Assembly (NCBI GenBank): GCA_964401065.1
Contig: CAYNWY010000002.1
Coordinates: 1-25,993, forward strand
Source: Candidatus Woesearchaeota archaeon
Lineage (GTDB): Archaea; Nanobdellota; Nanobdellia; Pacearchaeales; GW2011-AR1
Direction: 5' to 3'
DNA length: 25,993 nt
Part shown: in pieces, positions 16,004 through 24,963 of the stretch
Layout: every line of letters begins with the position of its first letter
How positions within the stretch are numbered: the stretch's first letter is position 1
Position numbers and translations under genes: made by a program
Notes under the pieces: generated by a model
What the model was told of the DNA's origin: nothing
What the model saw: the letters and a program-made list of their open reading frames with translations, nothing else
The model's database searches: none

Positions 16004-16356
16004 CAGGACAAAGTGTTGTTCACGTAAAACTGGATTACGAAGAATCCGTTCAAGCAAAAAAAGATTTACTCTCTTCAGAGAGAGATTTTATAAGAATTCT
16101 TAAAACAGTAAAAAAGTATGAATTATTAAGAAAAGGAGAATTAACAACTAAACTAAAAATTCAAAATAAAATAAAAAATCTTAAGATAAACTTAGGAAGA
16201 TTAAATACAATTTTTCCAAAGATAAAACTTCCAGATATACTAAGAAGAAATGAAATTATAGAAGAAAAACCATTAAAAATAAAAGAAGAAGGCAAAGATA
16301 AAGATTTAGAAAGTCAATTGGTAGAAATTCAAGAAAGGTTAAGAAGACTAGGATAA
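16000..16356 (+). CDS. Hypothetical coiled-coil protein, translationally coupled to the upstream gene
   Basis: ATGA start/stop overlap at 16000-16003; VHVKLDY followed by long helices. Confidence 0.8.
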   Translation: MTGQSVVHVKLDYEESVQAKKDLLSSERDFIRILKTVKKYELLRKGELTTKLKIQNKIKNLKINLGRLNTIFPKIKLPDILRRNEIIEEKPLKIKEEGKDKDLESQLVEIQERLRRLG

Positions 16357-16393
16357 ACAATATTTTTAAAAGTAAACTACTTCTTTGAATATA

Positions 16394-18142
16394 ATGATAA
16401 CTCGTAAAGAATTGATTAAAAAATATATTGAATTTTTCAAATCAAAGAATCATAAAGAAATACCAAATTCTTCCTTAATTCCTGAAAACGATCCTACTGT
16501 TCTATTTACAACAGCAGGTATGCACCCTCTGGTCCCTTTTCTTCTTGGACAAAAACACCCTTTAGGAAAAAGATTAGTGAATGTTCAAAAATGCATAAGA
16601 ACACAAGATATAGAAGAAGTCGGAGATATCAAACATCATACTTTTTTTGAACAATTAGGAAATTGGAGTTTAGGAGATTACTGGAAAGAAGAGGCAATAA
16701 AATATACTTTTGAATTTTTAACAAAAATATTAAATATTCCAATTGAAAAATTAGCAGGAAGTGCTTTTGAAGGAGATAAAAATTCTCCAAAAGATATAGA
16801 ATCTTTTAATGCATTAATTTCAACAGGAGTTCCAAAAGAAAGAATTGCCATTTTAAGTAAAGATGACAACTGGTGGGGGCCGGCAGGAAAAACAGGACCT
16901 TGTGGACCTTGCTCTGAGATATTTTATTGGGTAGGTAAAAAGAAAGCTCCAAAAAAATTTGACCCCCAAGATAAAAATTGGATAGAATTAGGAAATAATG
17001 TATTCATGCAATACAATAAAGATGAAAAAGAAAATTACAGCCTTCTAAAACAAAAAAATGTAGATTTTGGTGGAGGAGTTGAAAGAACTTTAGCATTATT
17101 TAATGGACTAGATGATAACTACCTCACAGAGTGCTTTAAACCTTTAATTGAAAAAATTGAGGAGATATTCAAAAAAAATTATGAAGATAATAAAAAATCA
17201 ATGAGAATAATTGCAGACCACATAAAAGCAGCTGCTTTTATAATTTCTGATGGAATAACACCAAGCAATACTGAACATGGATATATCTTAAGAAGATTAA
17301 TAAGAAGAGCAATAAGATATGGACAATTATTGGGTATAAAAGAGAATTTTACTTCTAAATTAGTTGATTCTGTAATTGAAATTTATCCAGATTATCCTGA
17401 GTTGAATAAAAACAGAAATAATATAATTACAGAATTGGAAAGAGAAGAAAATAAATTTAGACAAACTCTTGAAAGAGGTATAAACATATTCGAGAAGATA
17501 ACTCAAGGAAAAAAAGAGATTTCTTGTAAAGATTCTTTTTTATTATATCAATCCTATGGTTTCCCAATTGAAATGATTGAAGAAGAATGTAAAGCAAGAA
17601 AAATAAAGTTCTCAAGAAAAGATTTTGAAGGGGAATGTAAAATTCATCAGGAACTTTCGAGAACAACTGCAGAGGGGAGATTTAAATCTGGATTAGCAGA
17701 TAATTCTCAAGAAACAACAAAATTACACACAGCAACCCACTTGCTTCTAGCAGCAATAAGAAAAGTTCTCAAGGATAGCTCAATACACCAAAAAGGTTCA
17801 AATATAAATGCAGAAAGATTAAGATTTGATTTTAATTTTCCAAGAAAATTAACAGACGAGGAATTAAATGAAATAGAAAAGGAAGTCAATTCTAGTATTC
17901 AAAAGGGATGTAATGTAATACGTGAGGAAATGCCTCTAGAAGAAGCAAAGAAAAAGGGGATAAGTGGAATATTTGAGCACAAATATGGAGATATTGTTTC
18001 GGTTTATACTATAGAAAAATGCTCAAGGGAGATTTGCACGGGACCGCATGTAAAAAATACGTGTGAATTAGGAAAGTTCAAAATTATAAAAGAAGAATCA
18101 TCGTCAAGTGGAGTTAGAAGAATAAAAGCAGTGCTTGAATGA
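16394..18142 (+). CDS. alaS: Alanyl-tRNA synthetase, short form (aminoacylation plus editing domains, no C-Ala)
   Basis: DPTVLFTTAGM, QKCIRT, HHTFFEQLGNWS, GPCGPCSEI, DFGGGVER, editing motifs HTATH and CTGPH; ends at SSGVRRIKA. ATG at 16394 preferred over TTG at 16385. Confidence 0.95.
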   Translation: MITRKELIKKYIEFFKSKNHKEIPNSSLIPENDPTVLFTTAGMHPLVPFLLGQKHPLGKRLVNVQKCIRTQDIEEVGDIKHHTFFEQLGNWSLGDYWKEEAIKYTFEFLTKILNIPIEKLAGSAFEGDKNSPKDIESFNALISTGVPKERIAILSKDDNWWGPAGKTGPCGPCSEIFYWVGKKKAPKKFDPQDKNWIELGNNVFMQYNKDEKENYSLLKQKNVDFGGGVERTLALFNGLDDNYLTECFKPLIEKIEEIFKKNYEDNKKSMRIIADHIKAAAFIISDGITPSNTEHGYILRRLIRRAIRYGQLLGIKENFTSKLVDSVIEIYPDYPELNKNRNNIITELEREENKFRQTLERGINIFEKITQGKKEISCKDSFLLYQSYGFPIEMIEEECKARKIKFSRKDFEGECKIHQELSRTTAEGRFKSGLADNSQETTKLHTATHLLLAAIRKVLKDSSIHQKGSNINAERLRFDFNFPRKLTDEELNEIEKEVNSSIQKGCNVIREEMPLEEAKKKGISGIFEHKYGDIVSVYTIEKCSREICTGPHVKNTCELGKFKIIKEESSSSGVRRIKAVLE

Positions 18143-18146
18143 AATT

Positions 18147-19247
18147 TTACCCATAATATTTATCAGCAAGACCATATTTTGCCTCTATTTTTGCCATAAT
18201 TCTTCTATCAATTGGGCCCAACAATCCAGATTTTTCAACAGAAGTTCTTATTCTAATTAATCTAGCTGCATCTCTGTATTCCTCAAGATTTTCTCCTAAT
18301 GATTTTCCACTGCTTATCAAATACATCTCTGGTATGAAAGATAATTTACCTATTCCAACATAAGAAATTTTATTATCTGTTATTATAGAAGGACCAGTAG
18401 TTTCCACAAAACAATATCCGCTTTCTATCAAACTTTCTTTTACTGGACAGCTTATTCCTAATGCTTCATGATTCTCTTCAGGATAATAGAAAAATGAAAC
18501 TTCATATCCTAATTCTCTAAGTAAAAATGCCAGCAAATCTGTTTTCTCTCCACAAACCCCTTCCATATCATAAAGAACCTCATAAGGGTATCTAGAATAA
18601 CTAACTTTACTATTTCCAAAAGTAACTGTCTTATTTGAAGTCCCAAAAGGAATATTTTGAACAATACTTATTGCTATTCTAGCCTGGTCTTCCCCATTAT
18701 CAGTAATATTTTGTATTTTAATAACTAATGGAATTAGAAACTTTCTTTGCTCCTCTTCATTTATTGCTTTTAACTTAAAATCTACTCTTGAAGAATTATC
18801 CCCTGGAGAATAACGAATTGAGCGCGGGATTTTTGAAATATAATCAACAAACCCCCCATACACTATAAAATCAGTTGAATAGCTTTCTCCACCAAGCATG
18901 TATTTTAAATAAATTTTTTTAGGATCTGTCTGATAAGAAGAGAGACAGGTATTATTTTTCCCAGCAAATCCATCTGGACAACCACACAGAGAAGATAAAT
19001 CTATAAGTTTTCCATCCAAACAAAAATAAGGTTTTGTAAGAGAACAATTGTTGTAAAGAGTTCCATCTCCACAACTAACTTTTTGCGGAGGGGATATTTT
19101 CTCCTTTATAAAATCTACAAGTCCAAACCCCCCAGAAAACAAAATAAGTAAAACTAATACAAATAATGTTAAAATTAAGTATTTTTTCTGAATAGAAAAT
19201 GTAGAATAATCTTTTGAACCTCTTGAATCAGATTTGAAATCACCCAT
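18147..19247 (-). CDS. Membrane-anchored Cys-rich protein with transglutaminase-like/cysteine-protease domain
   Basis: N-terminal TM helix; Cys-rich segment (CGDGT..C..PYFC..CGCP..C); YPYEVLY..GVCGEKT.LLAFLL..LGY, NHEALGI, FVETT. Confidence 0.75.
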   Translation of the reverse strand: MGDFKSDSRGSKDYSTFSIQKKYLILTLFVLVLLILFSGGFGLVDFIKEKISPPQKVSCGDGTLYNNCSLTKPYFCLDGKLIDLSSLCGCPDGFAGKNNTCLSSYQTDPKKIYLKYMLGGESYSTDFIVYGGFVDYISKIPRSIRYSPGDNSSRVDFKLKAINEEEQRKFLIPLVIKIQNITDNGEDQARIAISIVQNIPFGTSNKTVTFGNSKVSYSRYPYEVLYDMEGVCGEKTDLLAFLLRELGYEVSFFYYPEENHEALGISCPVKESLIESGYCFVETTGPSIITDNKISYVGIGKLSFIPEMYLISSGKSLGENLEEYRDAARLIRIRTSVEKSGLLGPIDRRIMAKIEAKYGLADKYYG

Positions 19248-19281
19248 AAACTAGATAATAAAAGAGCATATAAAAATCTGA

Positions 19282-21756
19282 TTATTCCATATAAATTCCA
19301 GGTTTTCCTGGTTTAGATTTTTTTGAGATATTATGAGGGTCATATTTTTTTGAATCATTCACTACAAAAACAGTGACTTCTTTTCCTACTTTATTACTTA
19401 TCTCAGAAGAATTATAGTAATCTTTCTCATTAGGTAGAACATAAACATAAATTCTATTTTTCTTCTCCCCGCGAGCCTCGACTATTTTCTGTATATTTAA
19501 GATATCTGCAATAATTTTGCTCATTACTTCTTCCTCTTTCTCAAATTTTAAATCTATCTTCTTCTCATCAACCTCGGGCCATCTCTCTAAACTTATAAAA
19601 CCTTTATTCCCCGCTTTTTCCCAAAGTTCCTCTGTAATATGGGGGCAGAAAGGGTTCAAAAGTTTCAAACTTTTTTCAAGAACATCTTTTGAAACTTCTT
19701 CCGGTAAAGAATTAAACAACTCTCTTATTTTTATAATTGCAAGATTGTACTTGAAATTTTCAATATCGTTTGTTACCTCTTTAATTATTTTATTTAACTT
19801 ACTTTCTATTCTAGCATCTGTCTTTTTAGATACTTTAAGATTCTCAACCTTTTCATAAACCTTGTTCAAAAACCTATAACTTCCAATTAAAACCTTCTCA
19901 TCCCAATTTGTATCTGAATCAGGTGAAGCAAAACTCATCAAAGCTAATCTTAAAGAATCAGCAGAATATCCTTTAATAACATCAAGTGGATCCACAACAT
20001 TTCCAAGACTTTTGCTCATTTTATTTCCATCAGTTCCATGAAGCATTCCCTGGTGAAAAAGCTTTTTTGCTGGCTCATTAAAATCCAATAATCCTAAATC
20101 TCTCAAAAACTTTGTATAAAATCTACAATAAATTAGGTGCATACAGGCGTGTTCTGCTCCACCTATATACTGATCAACAGGCATCCAATACTTTACTTTT
20201 TTCTTATCAAAAATTTCTTTTGAATTATGAGAATCACAATATCTTAAAAAATACCAAGAAGAATTTACAAAAGTATCCATGGTGTCTGTTTCTCTTCTGG
20301 CAATTCCTTTGCATTTAGGACATTTCGTTTTAATCCATTTTTCATTTGTGGCCAAGGGGTTTCCTCCCCCAAATTTAACTTCTTTTGGAAGTTTAACAGG
20401 CAAATCCTTTTCTGAAATAGGAACAATTCCACATTTTTTGCAATAAACAACCGGTATTGGTGTCCCCCAATATCTCTGCCTAGAAATAAGCCAGTCTCTC
20501 AATTTAAAATTAACAACTTTTCTACCTAGATTCTTCTTTTCAAGATATTCTGTAATTTTTTTCTTTGCTTCTTCATTATTAATACCATTAAATTCTTTAG
20601 AATTTACTAAGTTTCCTTTTTCTGTATAAGCATGAGTCATCTTCTCTGATTTTTCAATTTCTTGTCCAATCGGGTCAATCACAACTTTTATTGGTATTTC
20701 ATATTTTTTTGCAAATTCAAAATCTCTCTGGTCGTGTGCAGGAACAGCCATAACCATTCCACTTCCATAATCTGCAATAACAAAATTACCTGCATAAATT
20801 GGAATTTTTTCTTTAGTGATTGGATTAACAGCATAACTTCCTGTGAAAACACCTTCTTTTTCCATATCCTCTAATTCTTTTTCACTTACGGATTTCAATT
20901 TTTTCAAAAAAATGTCAACTTCCTTCTTCTGTTTTTCTGTAACTAATTCCATTAATTTAGTGTGCTGGACAGAAACGACCATGAATGTAACTCCAAAAAT
21001 AGTATCTGGACGAGTTGTGAATATTGCCCAGTTTTTCCCATTTATCTCAAAATCAATTTCAGTTCCATAGGATTTTCCAATCCAATTTTTTTGCATAGCC
21101 TTTGTTTTTGCAGGCCAATCTAAATTATCAATTTCATCTAAAAGCTCATCTACGTAATTTGTTATTTTAAAAAACCATTGCTCTAGATGTTTAATCTCCA
21201 AAGAAGTTTTGCATCTCTCACAAATTCCTCCTTGCGCTTGCTCATTAGCTAAAACAGTTTTACATGAAGGACACCAATTCACAGGAGCTTTCTTCCTATA
21301 AGCAATTCCTTTTTCAAGCATTTTAAGAAAAATCCATTGATCCCATTTATAAAAATCAGAATGAGATGTATTAACCATTCTTGACCAATCATAACTAAAT
21401 CCAAGACTCTTCTGCTGCTTCATGAAGTTTGCAGTAGACTTATTTGTATATTCTTCTGGATGAGTCTTTTCTTTAATTGCTGCATTCTCAGCAGGCAAAC
21501 CAAGAGAATCATAGCCCATTGGATAAAGAACATTAAATCCATTCATTCTCTTGAATCTTGCATAAATATCTCCTATGGTAAAATTCAAAGCATGCCCAAC
21601 GTGCAATCCAGAAGCAGATGGATAAGGAAACATCTCAAGATTGTAAAACTTAGGTTTTTTTGAATATTCTTTAACTTCAAAAGCTTTCTTCTCTTCCCAT
21701 TTTTTCTGCCATTTCTTTTCAATCTTTTGAAAATTAATTTCTTTATTTTCTAGCAT
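19282..21756 (-). CDS. leuS: Leucyl-tRNA synthetase, bacterial-type core with archaeal-type C-terminal domain
   Basis: MFPYPSASGLHVGH, GLPAENAAI, FTTRPDT, AVPAHDQRD, DWLISRQRYWGTPIP, KMSKS; ends YDPHNISKKSKPGKPGIYME. Start moved to 21756 (MLENKEINF). Confidence 0.95.
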   Translation of the reverse strand: MLENKEINFQKIEKKWQKKWEEKKAFEVKEYSKKPKFYNLEMFPYPSASGLHVGHALNFTIGDIYARFKRMNGFNVLYPMGYDSLGLPAENAAIKEKTHPEEYTNKSTANFMKQQKSLGFSYDWSRMVNTSHSDFYKWDQWIFLKMLEKGIAYRKKAPVNWCPSCKTVLANEQAQGGICERCKTSLEIKHLEQWFFKITNYVDELLDEIDNLDWPAKTKAMQKNWIGKSYGTEIDFEINGKNWAIFTTRPDTIFGVTFMVVSVQHTKLMELVTEKQKKEVDIFLKKLKSVSEKELEDMEKEGVFTGSYAVNPITKEKIPIYAGNFVIADYGSGMVMAVPAHDQRDFEFAKKYEIPIKVVIDPIGQEIEKSEKMTHAYTEKGNLVNSKEFNGINNEEAKKKITEYLEKKNLGRKVVNFKLRDWLISRQRYWGTPIPVVYCKKCGIVPISEKDLPVKLPKEVKFGGGNPLATNEKWIKTKCPKCKGIARRETDTMDTFVNSSWYFLRYCDSHNSKEIFDKKKVKYWMPVDQYIGGAEHACMHLIYCRFYTKFLRDLGLLDFNEPAKKLFHQGMLHGTDGNKMSKSLGNVVDPLDVIKGYSADSLRLALMSFASPDSDTNWDEKVLIGSYRFLNKVYEKVENLKVSKKTDARIESKLNKIIKEVTNDIENFKYNLAIIKIRELFNSLPEEVSKDVLEKSLKLLNPFCPHITEELWEKAGNKGFISLERWPEVDEKKIDLKFEKEEEVMSKIIADILNIQKIVEARGEKKNRIYVYVLPNEKDYYNSSEISNKVGKEVTVFVVNDSKKYDPHNISKKSKPGKPGIYME

Positions 21757-21802
21757 AAAATAGTGAAAGAAAAGAGGTTTTAATAAATTATGGCTTAAAG
21801 TC

Positions 21803-21973
21803 TTATTCAGGAATCTGTGCATCAATTAAAACCTTTTGCTGAGAACTCCACTCTTTATCAGAATGTGTTCTTATGTATTCTGCCCAGTATTTAATAAAGT
21901 TCATCCTATCCTCTTTATTTGTCTTTCCTGGTTTCATAAAAACCTTCCTATTATCTTCTTTTTCTGATTCCAT
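21803..21973 (-). CDS. 56-aa helical protein overlapping the nucleotidyltransferase (not in the ORF track)
   Basis: Hand translation MESEKEDNRKVFMKPGKTNKEDRMNFIKYWAEYIRTHSDKEWSSQQKVLIDAQIPE*; its start lies 23 nt inside the 3' end of the upstream gene. Confidence 0.6.
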   Translation of the reverse strand: MESEKEDNRKVFMKPGKTNKEDRMNFIKYWAEYIRTHSDKEWSSQQKVLIDAQIPE

Positions 21974-22550
21974 CTTGCCTCAATTTAATAAGTCCCTTAA
22001 GTTTTTTAATTTTTCCATAATCTATATCTTCCTTAAATAATTCTTCTACATGTAAAGCATCTTCATTATCCTTATCATCCCCTAAGAAATATCTTTTGAA
22101 TGCAATATGTCTCTCTAAAGAGGAAATTTTCATTTCTCCAACAGGGAGCTTAACAGATATAAAATCATTAAAAACATCCTCATCTAACTCGTCTTTAGGA
22201 AATTTAACTTCAATATTTGGAAGAGAAATTCTTCCTTTAGCAAATCTAATAGCTACTCCTTCATCGAGATAATCAAAAAGGGTATCAGCATTATCTGAAT
22301 TTATACACCAAAAATCATTTTCAATTAAATCTTTATACATCTCAATAAATCTTATCTTGGAAATCTTTTTAATAAAAATATCCACGTCTTCAGTAGCTCT
22401 TGATCTTCCAAGCAGAATTGAAACATAACCTGAAATTATCACATAATCCACATATTTCTCAATAATGCTAATAAAATCAAAAGTAAACTTATCAATTTTA
22501 TTTAATTCCTTATCTAAGAGGATTTCTCTTTTTTCTTTATTATATTCCAT
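21951..22550 (-). CDS. Pol-beta-superfamily nucleotidyltransferase-like protein (AbiEii/DUF1814-like motif)
   Basis: YVIISGYVSILLGRSRATEDVDIF fits G-x6-G-x2-R-x-T-x-D-x-D; C-terminal KD.EDA. Start moved to the ATG at 22550. Confidence 0.75.
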   Translation of the reverse strand: MEYNKEKREILLDKELNKIDKFTFDFISIIEKYVDYVIISGYVSILLGRSRATEDVDIFIKKISKIRFIEMYKDLIENDFWCINSDNADTLFDYLDEGVAIRFAKGRISLPNIEVKFPKDELDEDVFNDFISVKLPVGEMKISSLERHIAFKRYFLGDDKDNEDALHVEELFKEDIDYGKIKKLKGLIKLRQDGIRKRR

Positions 22551-22602
22551 TCTAAAACAAGCCACTCACAACTTTTAAATATTCTCCTAATTTATCTTAA
22601 AC

Positions 22603-23121
22603 ATGAACAAAATAAAAGCCTATCTCCTGGGGGAAATTGTCTCAACAAATGAAGCAGAGGCATTTACACTCTACAAGAAATCTAACTTTGGACAACCAAT
22701 AGGACAGAAAATCCAATACTCTCTTTCAGAAGCACTTTACTTAGTTGAAAAAGAAAAAATAAGAGTAATGAAAAACAAAAAGATAATTGGATTTGAAGAA
22801 TTATTAAAAATATTCAAGAAAATTGATTCAAGAATTCAGCTCAAATATCCTGTCTTCAAAGATTTGCGTGATAAAGGATATGTTGTGAAAACCGCCTTAA
22901 AATTTGGGGCAGATTTCAGGGTCTATGAAAAAGGAAGAACCCCTGATGAAGAACATGCAAAATGGATTGTATTCTGCGAACACGAATCAAAAAAGTTCTC
23001 CTGGCAGGACTTTTCATCAAAGAACAGGGTTGCACACTCAACTAAAAAGAATCTTTTAATAGCAATTCTTGATGAAGAATCTGATGTTTCTTATTATGAA
23101 TGTTTATGGGTTAAAACCTAA
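22603..23121 (+). CDS. endA: tRNA-intron endonuclease, single-domain (alpha4-size)
   Basis: SLSEALYLVEK, DLRDKGYVVKTALKFGADFRVY (Tyr), EHAKW (His), RVAHSTKK (Lys); 172 aa. Confidence 0.93.
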   Translation: MNKIKAYLLGEIVSTNEAEAFTLYKKSNFGQPIGQKIQYSLSEALYLVEKEKIRVMKNKKIIGFEELLKIFKKIDSRIQLKYPVFKDLRDKGYVVKTALKFGADFRVYEKGRTPDEEHAKWIVFCEHESKKFSWQDFSSKNRVAHSTKKNLLIAILDEESDVSYYECLWVKT

Positions 23122-23168
23122 AATACACAAACATAAATCTTTATAATCCAAAAGACTTTTCTAGATTA

Positions 23169-24263
23169 ATGCCTACTCAAGATGCTTCCCATACAAGAGA
23201 GAAAATTTTTTCAATTCTAAGAATGAGAGGTCCAAATATACCTGTTCATATAGCAAAAGAAACAGGATTGAGTATGCTCTTTGCATCTGCTTTCCTCTCT
23301 GAACTTCTTTCTGACAAACTAATAAAGATGAGCCATATGAGGGTGGGAAATTCTCCAGTATATTATATTCAAGGACAAGAATCACAATTGGAGAAATTCT
23401 CAAGTTATCTTAAAAGCAAAGAAAAAGAAGCCTTTCTTCTTCTCCAAGAAAGAAAGTTCCTTAAGGATTCTGAGCAAAGTCCTGCAATAAGAGTTGCACT
23501 TAGAGGGATAAAAGATTTTGCATTTCCTTTTAAAAGAAATAATGAAATCTTCTGGAGATATCTAACCTCAAAGGAATCTGAATTTAAACAAGAGATAAAA
23601 TCAATAGAAGAACACAAATATGTTGAACCAAAACAAAAGATTTTTGATAAAAAGGAAAGAGAAATAGGTGAAAAAATCATTAAGGATATAAAAATAGAAG
23701 ATATAGAAGAAATAAGAAATGAAAACGAGAAACTTGAAAAGAGAGAAAAAATTGAAGAAAAAGAAGAAGAAAAAGAGATTGAAGAGGAGATGGGAGAAAG
23801 AGAGGAATATATCGCCTTGCCTATTCCTGAAAAGACTAAAGAAGATAAAAAAGTTGAAGAGAAGGAAGAACCAGCACAAGAAAAAAAGAAAGAGAAAATT
23901 GTAAAAGAAAAAATAAAATCCAAAGAAAAAACTATAAAGAAAAAGGGAACACAAAAACAGGACAATAAATTCTTTGATAAAATAAAAGAATTCCTTTCTA
24001 AGGAAACCATTGAAATAATAAATATAGAAAGCTTCAACAAAAATGAGATATTACTTAGAATAAAATATGAAGGCACTGAAAAATTACTTGTTGCATACAA
24101 TAAAAAGAAGATATCTGATATAGATATAATTAATGCTAATAAAAAAGCTTCACAGTTAAATTTGAAATATTTAATCCTAAGTATGGGAGAACCCTCAAAA
24201 AAACTCTCCAGTTTAATTGAATCAATACAAAGTCTGGAAAAGATAGAAAAAATAGAGAAATAA
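23169..24263 (+). CDS. Hypothetical protein: N-terminal winged HTH, charged low-complexity linker, C-terminal globular domain
   Basis: KIFSILRMRGP.IPVHIAKETG.SMLFASAFLSEL...VGNSPVYY resembles a wHTH; long E/K-rich middle region. Confidence 0.75.
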   Translation: MPTQDASHTREKIFSILRMRGPNIPVHIAKETGLSMLFASAFLSELLSDKLIKMSHMRVGNSPVYYIQGQESQLEKFSSYLKSKEKEAFLLLQERKFLKDSEQSPAIRVALRGIKDFAFPFKRNNEIFWRYLTSKESEFKQEIKSIEEHKYVEPKQKIFDKKEREIGEKIIKDIKIEDIEEIRNENEKLEKREKIEEKEEEKEIEEEMGEREEYIALPIPEKTKEDKKVEEKEEPAQEKKKEKIVKEKIKSKEKTIKKKGTQKQDNKFFDKIKEFLSKETIEIINIESFNKNEILLRIKYEGTEKLLVAYNKKKISDIDIINANKKASQLNLKYLILSMGEPSKKLSSLIESIQSLEKIEKIEK

Positions 24264-24406
24264 ACTAATTTACACCATTTTCTATTTTTTCTCCTAGACT
24301 TCGAACATGAATCGGCAGTATATTAAAATTAAAGCGAGTTAAACCCCGTAAAATTGGGTAGTTAAGTGCTCCCATTAAACTCTTTCTAAATCAAATAAAA
24401 GAAAGA

Positions 24407-24436
24407 TTTATAAATACTTGTTATAATATTATAACA
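24407..24436 (+). promoter_or_regulatory. TATA box plus perfect 18-bp palindrome (operator candidate)
   Basis: TTTATAAA (24407-24414) then TGTTATAATATTATAACA (24419-24436), ending 1 nt before the ATG. Confidence 0.7.
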
Positions 24437-24437
24437 T

Positions 24438-24962
24438 ATGTTAGATAAATATAACAGATATAAATTATTGAAATTGTTTTTAGATTCGCCTACTGATAGT
24501 TTTAGGTTAAGAGAAATTGCAAGATTAACAAAAATATCCCCCCCGTCTGTAATGAATTATCTTAAAGAATTTGAAAATGATGGATTAATCAAAAAGCAAA
24601 TCAAGAGAGATATACCCTTCTATACTGCGATAAGGGACATCTCAAAGTTTGTACTCTATAAAAAAATAAGTATTCTTTTTGAGTTAAATAATAATGGTTT
24701 AATAGATTATTTGTGGGATAAACTATCTCCTGAAGTAATTGTTCTTTATGGAAGCTTTGCAAAAGGAGAATCAATAGAAAACTCAGATATTGATATATTT
24801 ATCTTAGGAAAAGAGAAAAAAGTAGAAATTATTGAATTTGAGAAAAAGTTGAATAAAAAAATTCACATTTTGTTTAAAGAATCTATAAAAGAAATTCCTA
24901 ATGAGCTGAAGAATAATATTTTAAACGGGATAATCTTAAGAGGATATCTCAAGATGTTTTAA
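24438..24962 (+). CDS. wHTH-fused minimal nucleotidyltransferase (MNT antitoxin-like)
   Basis: N-terminal HTH (FRLREIARLTKISPPSV..YLKEF) and LYGSFAKGESIENSDID, which fits GS-x10-DxD. Confidence 0.88.
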   Translation: MLDKYNRYKLLKLFLDSPTDSFRLREIARLTKISPPSVMNYLKEFENDGLIKKQIKRDIPFYTAIRDISKFVLYKKISILFELNNNGLIDYLWDKLSPEVIVLYGSFAKGESIENSDIDIFILGKEKKVEIIEFEKKLNKKIHILFKESIKEIPNELKNNILNGIILRGYLKMF

Positions 24963-24963
24963 A

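Noticed and set aside
23405-24100. 231-aa minus-strand ORF and other long antisense ORFs (e.g. 8317-8838, 14466-14795, 19517-19858, 7450-7797, 23601-23954)
   Set aside because: Phe/Ser/Leu-rich shadows of Lys/Glu-rich genes on the opposite strand; no independent motifs.
24290-24390. Slightly GC-richer gap with GTTCGAAG (minus strand) and imperfect hairpins, considered as tRNA remnant or IS end
   Set aside because: The T-loop context and stems do not fit a tRNA, the pairing needs several bulges, and no transposase is nearby.
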